A DNA stretch of 64,000 nt from Ophelia neglecta (taxonomy: Eukaryota): the NCBI GenBank assembly GCA_965285935.1, contig CBDIWN010000008.1, forward strand, positions 372,001 to 436,000, given 5' to 3'. The notes under the pieces were generated by a model. It saw only the letters and a list, made by a program, of their open reading frames with translations, had not been told where the DNA came from and ran no database searches. This document shows, one piece after another, positions 23,811 through 37,600 of this stretch (the stretch's first letter is position 1; every line of letters starts with the position of its first letter). Position numbers and translations under genes: made by a program.

Positions 23811-26720
23811 TAAGGTGGATGACCCGCCCTAAATAAACGAATGCTCGGCCATTCCGTCAATGCATAGATGGCGAAATTAGATTATGACGTGCGCTCAATA
23901 CAAGGCTGAAGGAAAAAATGGCGCCAAACGCTTATGTAAAGGATTTATGTAGCTAGAGCTCCATATGTGGTTATTGTACAAAACAATGATTGAAAACAAA
24001 CTGATTTGAAACGTTAAGCTTTTGAATTGTGCGAACATAATTACAGATTGTCCCATTTTCCTTATCTTAGTAGGCTACTCTATTCCGCACGTTCATAAAG
24101 CTCTCCGTTGTCCTTTGTTTAAAAAAACCGGCGGTTGTTGCTCATCAACCTAATACTGCCATCGCTTTACACTAAATTATTCAGGCGTCCGCATTTAGGC
24201 TTTCCGTCAAACGATTGTCTGCATTTTAAGTATAAGGGCTTTTCCAGAATTTATCTTCAGGCATGGTGGGCGGCAGCCGTTTTTTGTCCGTGGGTTGGGA
24301 GGCGTTCGCTTTTCCATGTCCGAGGGTAGGGGGGTCTCAGTGATGTCGTGAGCCATCATGAGGATGTATAATGAGACAAAAATATGTCCAGGGGTCCAAG
24401 GCCTCATTATTTTTCAAAAGAACATTTCGCCGCCAATATACCAACAATGAAAACATACGGTACAAAACTTAGATTCATAAACAAAGTGCAAATTCCCTCC
24501 AGGGGCCTATCCTGTCATAATACTGCATGTATCTTATTAAGCCTGAGCATGTAGATACATTTCGCTGACCTACCAATCAGCGGTGATAGTACGGCCGAGA
24601 TTGGTCGCTTTGCAGTTTGCCACGGTGATTACCTGCGAAAGGCGTCTATACCGCTGATTAGAATTGCGAAAAGGAACATTTCGTTATCGGTGTTCTACTT
24701 ACAAGAATGTCCATTGAATTAACTGATAATGTGTTGGACTTTAACCTATAAAGTTTCTAGGCATTTTGTTTACAAGTGGAAAGTGGGACATTTGCTATAG
24801 TCTTCAATTTGTTGTCGTTGTCTGCTGCGGCCCCGGGTACTGCTCATGAGCAAGTGATTGTGTGTGGTGCACGGGGTTTGTGGCGAAAGGCTGCGGCCCG
24901 TTCATTGGCTATGCTCGCTTTGGTTAAAATGTAGTAGATTTATAAATGTATCATTAAACTAAACTGAAATTGTAATGTAAAGTGTAAACCGGTAGCAAAA
25001 TGTATCTGTATGTATAATTATCTTTGTCCAAGGGCCAGAGGCAAATGTCCAATAAAATTATATCTATCTAGCTATAACTAAATGTCTGCCAAAATATAAA
25101 TGCTTTCATTTTCAGAATTGTACAACTAATATTGAATCGGACAAAGCTTGACACATCATTTATTTGAACTATACAAGATTAATACCAATAGGAGGAAGCA
25201 TTCGTAACAGTTCAATCGAACATTGAAAATATATGGTATATAACAGTCATCAGTTTTGCGCATTTACGGTTGAATATATGTCTCAATTAATACCTGATAC
25301 AACGTGTATTTATCCCTTCTGTAAGGGTGAAGACGATATAATAAACAACCTGGCATATTTAAGTTAACCTAAATTGATAATGAGTTGAGGTCTAAGTGAA
25401 GGTTACTTTCCAGGAACGATGACTTTCGAGTAACATGTCTTTTGACTAAAAACAACCGTGGACGAATATAACAGTATCTGACATAAAACAAGCTATTTAT
25501 TAACTCTATAGAAAACGCCATTGCAGCGATAAAGTACACAAATCAACATGTTTGGCCGAGGAGAAGCAAGCACAGTTGAGGCAAATCATATGTTTGTAAT
25601 AGATATGGATAGTAACATAAAAACAGGTGGTAAACATATTATAATTAGAAACCACCGTGCATTATTGACTGCAAAAATACATTTCATATGCTCGATGATT
25701 GATAAAGCAATGGGATTAAAAAACCAAATCATAGCATATTTATTAATGAATATGGTACTTGTAAGTAACAGTAACTTTATAACAACATCAAACAGACGCG
25801 ACAATCACTTCCTGATGAGTTTATTTCTTGGGTTGTAAACATCCATTCTCGCATTATTAGTGGATTGTATGTATATTGCGTATCGACTGAGGGAATAAGC
25901 ATCTTGAGAGCAAAGCAACATTACCAACGATCCCAAAACATAATGTATATCGTCGTTAAGTTAATCACGTACAAAATCTACGTGTTAATCTAATTGGTGT
26001 ATTGTTCCTCTATCATTTATGTTCAAACTTTACATAAGGTTGGAGAATTGTACACTATATTTTGAATTGATTATAATTTCTCATGAATACTAAGTAATTC
26101 GTCTTGTCTCAAAATAAATTTGTACAAAAAAGCTGTGGTAAATACAGAGATTAGTTCGTATTCATTTGAAATTATGCTTGCATAGCCTCCCATCCCTATC
26201 CAACTGATTATTATAGTGCTTCCCAGAAAATTATAATGGACTTTAAAAGTTTCTTTTGGCATTGGAAATGCCATTGCAACCCCCCTCCCCCACTCAAAAA
26301 CATGTTTTATTTTCCTGATATTAAGAAATACATGGGTTCTAAAAAGCCCAGATTTCTGTAAATTTAATGTTCAAATGTCACTGCGTATAAACGTTTATAT
26401 CAGATTTTCGCCTGATATTTAGATGCAATAAACTGTGTACAAATATAATATTGTACAAATACTTTATACCGAATTGAATCCTTTAATTTGCTCATACTAC
26501 TCTATGGCGTACTGAATTGTTAACTTCAAACTCTTGATAACAACGGCGATATTAAATAGTTTCTTATTAAATAATTATCAATCATATTGAAAGGAAATAA
26601 AATATCGAATCAAATCAACCAGTTTGAATTTGATATTACAAAGCAAGCTAACACGCAATCTATGTATGAGAACAGTGGCTTCATTCTAATCATCTTAAAG
26701 GAATGTAGTAACGAAGTTAA

Positions 26721-28632
26721 CTACTTAAAGGTTCCATAGAGCTTGTTTCTTGTAATATACTCCATTGCAATACCATGTAGGAAACGATACTGGTCCTGTA
26801 AAGAAAAGGAAACATAGATCTTACATGTGGCGATATCTTGATATACATGTATTGGATAACAGATGTATAAATAGTGCACTATCATTGAATATTAATGCTG
26901 TTGAATATAGACAGACCTTTTGAAATTGTAAATTATTTTACAAATACAGTAACCTTTGGTACAAATCTTGAAAATCCTTCCGGCAATGCATCGATTAGTT
27001 ATGTTACTTACCAAATTGTTGACAAATTGTTCTCTGTGTAGAGATACAACCCGCACAGCAAGAAAGACGTCCACCTCGCGCTCTTCCTGCAGCTTCTCCA
27101 GCATATAATGTGCCGCACATATCATTCCACTACGACTAGCTCCGTCTCTGAGAAATATAGAAGTAGTAAACGACAAGGTAATTAGGGTTTGGGATGCTTT
27201 AAAGAGATCAATACTCTCCTTTATCACCTTACCAGGCGTGACCACAAGGCAATGAGAGTTCAGATGAATTTTTAGAGAGATGTTACATGGGGTTGAAGCT
27301 AGCTTATTTATGTGTGTGTTAGTCCTTTTATTACAAACAGTGGTGATGTGCTTATAACTTACTTGCATTGGATAACAATTTTTCCAATGCCAGCTTGTTG
27401 TTGACTCTTCTTAATGCGTTCTAACAAATTTAAAGTGTCCTCCAATCCTGGCAGATCCTGGTTATCTGGACGTTGTTTGAACAATATATGGCAGACTCTT
27501 ACTGGCTGGTTCTGGAACTTATTATATAACCGATAGTAATAAAATAATGCTGTAATCAAACATAATATATTTCGGTTGACGTATAATAGTTGCCATATGC
27601 AAAACGATCCATGTGCTTAACTAATATTTATATTCAAACTTTATATAAGGTTGGAGAATTGAACTGTATACTTTGAACTGAACAGTGTGTTTAATATCGA
27701 GAGACTAACACTTGAGGAAAATGACACAATGAATGTTCTTTCTTCTATGGCATCTTTCTCATCTTCCTTTTGTGAATCGATGCGCACCTCAAGGTCACCA
27801 AACTGCCTTACATCACCTTTCTCAAAATCCAAGTACTTGGGAGAATCCTGATGATCGAAATATATGGATCCAGTCAGTTTTATATAATTAGACATATGTA
27901 AATTCGATAATGTAACTTCTCGCTACTCGAATGGCACTCTTGGCTTGAAAGAAACACGTTCATCTACCTCAGAGTCAGGGGACGATGTTTCTAAAGTAAT
28001 CACAGTGTGGCACTTTTGTTCGTACACCAAACGCCAGAAGTCAATGATAGTATCAGGTAATGGCAATTGGGTCGCAATAAATGTCTTCTCCGAGAGATAA
28101 CTCTAATAAATCGTGGAAGAAACCAAGAATATTCCTACTATTAGTGGATTTAGTTATATCGGTTGGGTACTTACGAAATAACGAAAACAGTGAAGTTATT
28201 AATTGAGAATTGTCCTCTAAATCAGCTGGAAATCATCATTAAAGATATCCTCACTAATACGAAGATATATATAAATAGTTATATAACAATCTAAAAGGGA
28301 GAAAAGCTGAATTTAGGTTGTGATCACTTAAACTTATACATACGTTAACCAAAATGGCATTGATATAGTCATTTGTGCCCGGACATCTTGTAGATAGACA
28401 CAACCTGTGTTTATTATCTATAGAAGAAAAACAATAGCACACAGATGGTTGCGTTAACTAATTTGATTCAGCAAACGAACACACATTTCCATAGAGGACC
28501 AATATGCATATCCGTTATCTATACCCATGTACCTGGCACTATATCAGCATCTCGATTCTTCCGATTGTTTTCCTTACTCAGAGCAGTAAGTTTGTCAGCT
28601 GACTTCTTGTGTTGTTTCATTTTGGAGAGGAT
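26721..28632 (-). other. PTP domain D2 of gene C, probable pseudophosphatase
   Basis: [14 protein letters not shown] and [21 protein letters not shown] are present. WPD is replaced by RPD and the signature reads VIQCKDGASRSG. Confidence 0.8.
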
Positions 28633-31600
28633 CTATAAATCATGTCATGATTGTATCGTACAATGGAAATACAACCGGATGACTTTTTAAATTTGCCAAA
28701 TTGTTATTTTAGTGTTTTTATAGATAACATAAATCGCATTCTACTTTTACACTTTTTCATACATTAAACATTATCATATTGAATAATGTGAATGTAAATT
28801 TAGAAAATGATATAAATACGATTAAGTAAATACAATTATTAATAATTTGCATAATAATTCTATCTCCAAGTACTAATTTATTGACATTTTTTGTCAATTA
28901 ATCAATGATGAAATTTTGCAGCAAAAACGCAAATGAATGGAATGTATTTATATGAATACAAAACCCACCTTGAACTGTTCTTCAATGGGAACCTCATTGG
29001 AATATTCATTTCCGTCTATCAGTTGTGTATACCTCTCAGGATACAGGTTACACGGAATGGCGGTCTCTCCTTGCTGGTATGCGTCTAGCAGTGCATCGTA
29101 AATGAATTCATATTGTGACTGAAAGCAGGAGAAGAGTAAGCCTATGCTACCAATTGCCGGATAACAGCAGTCAGTGATATGTAGCTAGGTTCAAAATTTG
29201 ATATCGAATTTATAACACTGAACAGCATAATTAATAGATCAATTACTACTATCTACATTTATAATATTGTTATTTTTTGCCCACTTTCTATAATAAATGA
29301 GGTCAGATAAACACGAAAAATCTTTCTAGACAGAACATTCTAATTGCTTCAACACATGGCCTTTGGATCTACACTAATGGTTGCTGACATGAAGCATGAA
29401 ACATTGGCTCATGTTAAAGCCTAGTATCCTCTCAACTGGACTATTATCACAGAAAAAAGTCTTACCAAGGATTGAACCATGTCCATGCGTTCATTTCTGA
29501 GTTGTGTCACACATCTGAAGACATCTACCTTTCCTTCTCCTTTCATTTGGTCCAGAAGATAGTCCAGAGCAATCAATGTCCCTGTGCGTCCAATTCCCGC
29601 ACTAGAGAGAAAGTTACATATGTTTATTCTATGTATTGTACATAAATGAATACCCTTGAATTGTTCTTAATCAGACTTAGTGTTTGCTTTTAATCGGTTA
29701 TTTGACCTGCAGTGGACGATGATTGGTCCTGTTCCCTCCACGTCAAATGATCTCAGTTTTCTTCTGAAGGCCAAGAGAGGAAACGGGTGGTCTGGGGTCA
29801 GTTTGTCTGGCCAGGAAAGGAATTGGAAGTGCTTTACTGTCCTTTGTTCATTCTACAAGAGGAAAACATTATTATTCTTATTTCAAATTTCATTTGCGTT
29901 GATTGTTTCTAAGATTAATGAGTGGCGGCAATATATTGAATTAATAGTTAAACACGGAGGTTGGACAAGGTGACCACACTCTATGACGATTCATGTGTTA
30001 GAGAATCTCAAATGATATCATATTCAAGCTACAGTGTATTACTACTGAGCACTGCCCTCTTAAGTTGGCACTAATCTAATGAATGTGTAACGGGAATCCG
30101 GTGGACTGCATGTATAAGCTAAACTAAAGAAAGGCTTAAATTGAATATTTTGATTTATTTGGGACAGATGGTATGCAAAATTTGTTGAGGCAAGCCACAG
30201 CTGTTCGTTGTTCGTAGAATTGGCGTTCATTGTGTGACATATGCTTTTATAGATAAGTGAAAATGTGAACACAAAAAAGCAAAGACTAAAGAAATTGACG
30301 CACAAACCAACCTCTTTTTAGACATATACTGAGCAGATATGCTTTAAAGCCAAGCCCACAATCATGTCTAGTACTGATCAAATTTGTATACGTTGCAAAA
30401 CAACACGCTATTTACATTATGGTATAAAGTGGAAATGTTGATCACATATTTCTGAAGCTTCCTTTGCCTTCCTCGCTACCTCGTAGTATTAAGATTCGAG
30501 CAGTACGGGACATTTCACATTATTCTAAAGTATCTTTGTTCCATTTGCATATTCCCCATTTAATTAAGCGAAGTACTTTTAAAACCTACCCCCTTTTGAA
30601 TGGTGATGATTGTTAGATTATGGTCGGCATATGACTCACAGGCCGTGGTAATCACTGTAATATCACCATAGGTTACACTCTCTCCAACTGGCTCGGGCCA
30701 ATACTGTGCACACTTTGTCTGTTATTAATAAAACGAATTGGGATGGTCAATGTTTCTGTTGACACGCCTAAACGGGATTTCATACCCCAATACCAAAATG
30801 ATGCAATATATCGAAAAACATTTCATGCTGTTTCACACTGACAAACCTTTGTGAGTTCTTTAATTCGAGTTGCCATAACAACACGATTTGACTGTAACTG
30901 CCAGACCATAGACCATAACGCGCAGGCTGTTTCAGGCTTTGGTCCTGGAAAAAAATTAATTCAAACGTAGTGTTTGATACTCGTTAGGAGTATTATTCTG
31001 ATTTTGTTGGTGTTTTGTTTTTTTCTAATTATAAATAAAAATAGTTGCATAGGTTTTAATATGTTTATTCTTAATATATTGTTTTAAAATGTTATTATAA
31101 ATTATATTTAATTATCATAACTATTTTCAATCTTTATCTTCGTGAAATTGTGAACCTGAACTGTGACAACTAATCTAATTGCTAGATAACTGCATCAGAA
31201 CTTTATTTACTTACCTTGTGTGGCTACGTAATGGTTTGACTTGTCAGGATAACCCTGGAATGTATGCATCATTTTGATTGTATGGTTGAAAACGGCTTTA
31301 AGATTTGCGTTATTTAAAATATCGGAAAGCAAATTTGACTCAGTTAAGGTGCCTGTAAACCCCTACAAATGTATTGCAGTATAAGATTGGTAAAAATGGC
31401 AATGTCACTTATATTATATGGATAGATATATAGTTTATAGATCCTTAGATGACAGGCGTAATCCAAATTTCTACCCCATTATCACTTTTATTTAGTATTA
31501 AATGGCTTGATTACGGCAACATTTGATTGTTGACATCACATATGGTAATCACGTGACCAATGTTGTCATACATACTAATTAGACTCCTCCCCCTCTCTTA

Positions 31601-34600
31601 ACTGAATCTAGCAGGCCTGAAGACGTTACTAAGAAAGATGTATACAATCATCTGATACAGATTCGAACTAGTCCCCATAAATATTCGGCTTGCTCAATAT
31701 CTGTACTTTTGGATACTAGTTATATTATCAGTAAATGGCATTTTCAATGTCACTAAGGTGCTTTAACTTAAAGATCAATTTAAAAATGTGTATGACAGGG
31801 TAGAATTATGTATTGCTGTTGTTCTCGATGAACGCAATATTTACAACTTTGTACCGGTGGGGTTTTACAGGGAGCTTAAACCATGTTCCATATAACGGTA
31901 ATCGTGTTTACCGTAATGAAGCTGGCATTGATGTAGTCCGAGTTATCTACAGTAGCCTCCAAAACAACTCGAGAATAGTCATCTGTAGAAACATAACTCG
32001 TGATATAATGACTAGTGGTACTAAGCGAGGTCATTTAACGTCGAAATAGTAAAATATGCCTCGTGAAATGTATAGTAAAATATGGCTTGTGAAATGGATA
32101 GTGAAAAATGACTCGTGAAATGTGAAATGTATAGTGAAATTTTCATATTGGATTCTTTTTACACCATACATCGTCACTTTACGTTCTGTTCACTATTTAA
32201 TTGTCAAACAAGTACTTTTAAATGGTAGTTGACGGGTAAAAACACATACAGGCTCTGATGTTCTTAAATCGATTCCTATCGATGTTGTTTGGCTGCTTGG
32301 CCACGTCACACGGGCTCAGTTCTCCTTGAGGCAGGTCCTAAAAAACGGACATTACTTAAATCAATCTTAAAATTTAAAATAATAGGACTAAATCAAACAA
32401 GACAAATAAACAAATAGGGAGATAGACAAAGAGTTATTCCTTCACAAATAGTTCAATACTTTATCATATAAAATGACTAGGTAGTAGATGTCAATCGCGA
32501 AAAGCTTGGTGTGCGGCCTTATAAAAGACAAATTCCCACATTTTATATATTATATTCGGGATGGTAACAATGGTTTCAAATAACACATCCGATTTAAGAT
32601 ATCATCAACGCTGTGTTGGTTTTCCAATGATTGGAAATCACAATGATAGATTCGTTTTTTATTGAAAATAAAAACACGTTGTATGTCGGCAAATCCCGCT
32701 TGATTTTTGTTGTCAACATGTATACAACAAATGCCAATATATGTTATCAGCGGGGTACATAAAATGTAGGTAGTGGTAATTGGTAATGATTTAGAAACTT
32801 GATTTCTTTGGAAACATGTCCAAGCTTTACCTTACAGTTTTATCACACCTACAGTTTTTAGTTTAAAACTGAGCAGAGTAGCCAGTGAACTCGAGCCATT
32901 TTATATGCCGATTCAAAAGAAAAGAAATTATATCATAACAGCAGGTAACTTACACCAAATTCTTTCCTCAGACCATCCTTTGTGTATTTCCGAGCCCCAA
33001 TATAAGCTTCCAGGTCTTCCTCTTTAACACAAGTTCCCTCATCAAGTTTTTTTGTAGCCGGGAAGTCGTAATATATCGTATGGGGGTTGTCCTCATCTAA
33101 GGTACCCTCAAAGCTTGGGTTGCCTATTTCTTTCACAAATTGCGTGTCGGCGAGGTCTTTGGCACGTCCTATGCAATGGAAAAACAAAAAAAAAAACATC
33201 TTGTTGAAACGTGTCTAAAGCATATATAGCAATTTGTTGAGAATAAAGCAACATTTAATTTTACATACAAAGACGTGCGTTACTTACGGGAAGGTTTTTT
33301 AACAGACGCATAACTTGGCATTTCTTCAATTTTAGAACCAACATTGTCCTGCGATTGCTTGCGCCATTTCCTTCTACGATTGTAAAAAGAAGTGTTGAAG
33401 AAGAGTTATAAAATTGGTAGCGATGTTATTGCGTAATCCTTTTCAAGAAGCGCTGTCAATTATGTGGCAAACTAAAACCATAATGTGAAATAATGTGCCT
33501 ACAACGTAGGGCCTACGAGATGATTATTTTTCAATAGTTACACACTTGAGAAAAATTACAACAAGAATTACTACAAGGACAGCTATCAGCAGGACGGCCA
33601 CGACAGATCCGGTAATAGGACCGACCAGTCCTGGCAGGCCTCTCGCACTGACGCTTGGGTCTGGATGATTGCACAGATATGCGAAATTGACGTTGGTCAA
33701 AAAGTCGTAAATATATTGTTATCATTCACTGCACTTTAATGGGGAATTAAACTTACACAGGGGATAGTTTGGCTTGCCATAAATATATTGAAATTGCAGG
33801 AGAAGATATGCGTTTGACGCAACTAAATACGACACCACTTTTTCCTGACTTATTTTCGATATTTGTGACAAAATAATTATAAGTTCAATGTAATTTTAGT
33901 TTTATTAACCTTGCTCCTGTGCAGCCAAAGTAGTAGCTAAGACTGTCGTGGCTTTGCGGGAGTCTTCCTCTTTTATCCCAGGCAATTGTCGATAGATGTT
34001 TACTGTGATCCAATACGTAGAATTCGCAGCAAGATTTGGCAATGTTTGGTTATATTTCATTAAGACATTATCTTCTCTGATTGCTATCATAAACGGTTCA
34101 ACCTCTGTCTTATTTGCATCGAACGCAGTGATTTTGTAGCCATATACAGCCGATGTATTCAATGGAATAGCTTTAACATGCGGCCATTCAATGGTTACGC
34201 TGTCAGTTTGCAACTTGGTAATGATAACTTTGTTTCCCTCAGGATACTCCACGTACCCTGTTCCCAAGAAAAAACAAAACGGTTGTAAAGTGTTTTCATT
34301 GATAAACAAACACGGAATAGATACTGTTTTCATTAATGTGTTTCCGTTAATTATAAAAAAACGGAATAGATACACGGTAATAAAAGCAACATCATTCATC
34401 GAGAATAGTGCGTTAAATCTGTCAGAAATCATCAGGAACCACAAGCCGAGGGCCTTTGTAGGTAGCACGGTGATTAGTTTTCATTCTGCTATAAATGTTT
34501 GTTTCTTAAATAATGCAATAAGTGGAATAAAACTGATTGTGCTTACCTATAGACTGGTTACAATGATCTCCAGCATACCATGTATCGTACGGTGGAAGCT

Positions 34601-37600
34601 GACAACCGTGACTGCATGATCCACTGTATTGATGACAAGTCGTTATTTTATCTACAGCCTCACAGTAACTACTACACGGTTGATCGCAGGTTTTGCCATA
34701 ATAACCACTGTGACATGTGCAGGACCCAGAATACCTTTCACACACGGGGTAACCTTGCTCACCAGAACACTGGCATGTTTTATTGCAGTATTCGCCATAA
34801 GAACCGTCCTTGCACCCATGATTACAAATTCCGCTAAACTGGTTACAAGACCCAGAGGCTGTCTTGTCGACAGGCTTACAACCTGAACCGCACTATGTTT
34901 CACAAAATCCACCGAACCTGCTATCCTTACAGCCCTGAGAGCATGTTCCGTTGTCTCGGGCACATATAGGTTTTCCATTTATACCATCACAGTAGTCACT
35001 GCAGGGTAAGGTACATGAATTACCGTAGTAACCATTTTGACAACCGTTGTTACAATGTCCTGTATCTCTGTGACAAGTGTTGGAGTCTGTGATAACAAGA
35101 CATTTATGGTTACATTGGCTCTGACACTGGTCTCCAAAGTATTGATCCAGACAACCACTCGTGCATCGTCCATCAGCGACAGAACATATCTGATTAACAC
35201 AATTTGCGCTGCAGGTTGAGGAACACATCGTACCATAATAACCACTTTTACAACCATTCTGACAATCTCCTGTTTCTCTGTTACAAGTGATGGAGCCTGA
35301 GATAACACTACATCCATTGCTGCAGCTCAGATGACACGTGACCCCGTAGTATTGGGCTCTACACCCCTGAGTACAACTACCAGAGTCTCGGTTACAGACT
35401 TCTAAGCTGTCAATACGGTGGCAGTTAGTACTGCACCAACTAGTACATGTATTTCCCCAATATCCTGGAATACACCCATTATTACAACGGCCATCAGAGA
35501 GAGAACATTGCCGAGAGTTGGAACCCTGAACAAAGAGGCAATGCGCACTACATTGGAAATTACAGTTGATACCGTAATGGTCTTTGTCACATTCTGTAAG
35601 GTACATCATATGTCATAATTCAAGATTATAACGATTATTATTATTTAGCATGGTACCGGATGTTACCACTATGGCACTGCCTAACATATAATGAAAGTTA
35701 ACACGGTAAGCCTACCTTGATATTGTCTAAAAGATAATGTACGTTAAAATGGTAAGCCTACCTCAAACTGTCTAACATATAATGAACGTTAACACGGTAC
35801 ACCTACCTTTACACTCTGGGTACTTAGAGTTCTGGGTACATGTAGAGCAGCCAATTAAAGGATCGCATGACTCACATCGGCTACTCTGACACACTGGAAT
35901 AACAGGTGGGTGTTAAAAAGCAACTGCAAGCTTCAGGCAAACATCAAGGTAAATTTAGAGGGTTGATATAATTTTCCGTAGTGCGTTTATATCTATCTAA
36001 TATCAAATGTAAACAGCCCACCGATAAAATTTAAAATTCGTAATTGGCGACAATAACCAAAAGGTAGATTCTGCTCATCGAAATTTACTCTTTGTGCATG
36101 AACTAAATATTTAAAATAAACACTTTCTATTAAGTTATATATTCGAGATGTGAGGGTTTGACATACCAATAGGTTTATAACCATGAACAATCACCTCACA
36201 CAAAGCAAGAAATTGAGGTTCAACAGTGGCCTCGCGCGTTCTGATAATGGTAACGTATCTGCCGCTGAGAGACGGGTTACATTGTATGGTTACATTTCCT
36301 CCCTGAGGAACGACTCCCGTAAACACTTTACAGGGAATTGTAAAGTCGCCCTTAGTTTGGTGACCAACTCCAAGACGAAAATTACCGGTACGCTCTGTGA
36401 AAATAAATAACTGGCCTAAAATAACAAAATTGAACGCCAGGAAAACCAAAGAAATAGTGATCTCGGCCAATAATAACCCCATATCACAATGTCAGGATAG
36501 AAGATAGACATTTTCACTGTAACTTGCTGGGAGTATAGCTCTCTAGCGATCTGCCATTGGAGACCCACTTATCTTATATTATGACCCGAGCTTCTCTCCC
36601 CATTCATACAGTTTAAATCAGCCCAAAAAAAGTCCTGTCACCTCAGGATTTATTGGTAGAATATAACTCAATTGTGCGTCCAGTATTGGAATTTGCCTGC
36701 CAGGTGTGTCACATAGGCCTTACCGGGAGCTAAGTAGTGACTTTAAATCTGTGCATAATCGAGCGCAATGAACAAGGCGCTCTCAGTGGAATGGGGGTCA
36801 GAATGGAAAATTTGTGCTGATAGTAATGGCAGATGACAGTATCTAAACTGATGCAGAGACAAAGGGTAGTATCGACTAAAACTTAATATTAACACTAACC
36901 TAAACACCTGAGATTTCATATTAGTGGGTTGCATATTATAAATTAATTTGTATAAAGGTTGAGCACGCTCTCTTAACGGGTCAGCGGTTTTACACTTTGC
37001 ATGTCTTTAAACAGTTCAAATAAGAATTAAATGATGTACTGAATTGCACATTTTCAATGCAGAGAATAATGTTATAGTAGTGATGTTTACACAATATATG
37101 ACGTATGATTTGAGACACAACTTATTTATACAATAAAATCTCATAGTCAAAAAAGTTAATAAATATACACCTGTTATGTTGCCAAAAAATACTTCTTTCA
37201 ATTTATTTTATTTGTTTCTATTTTTGTATTATGTTCATAACAATTCAAACCACATTATTTTTTTTCTGATTATATTTCTTGGATTATTTCATCCGATGCT
37301 CCGGGTGAACAAAATCTGCCCTCTTGTGTAAAATATTACACATTACACCCGTTTTCTGTCCATGTAATATATCAAACTCTATGGCGTGCGCATAGTAACC
37401 AGGGTAAGTCTACTAGTCGTCCACTTACCATGCGCCGTAGAATCACCTCTGTTGTAGATCGTGACACTGGTCACTGTGTAGGTATCTTGTAGATCTACGT
37501 ACCACCACGCTCTCCTACCACCCCCTGCATCAGGGTGTGCACACTGATTAATATCTGTGCTGACAATACCATCCACTGCCAGACTTGCTACTAGATAATT

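Noticed and set aside
34191-35618. Plus-strand and alternative-frame ORFs over the EGF and FN3 exons (also 2567-3192 and 14136-14774)
   Set aside because: They are shadow frames of the Cys-rich minus-strand exons.
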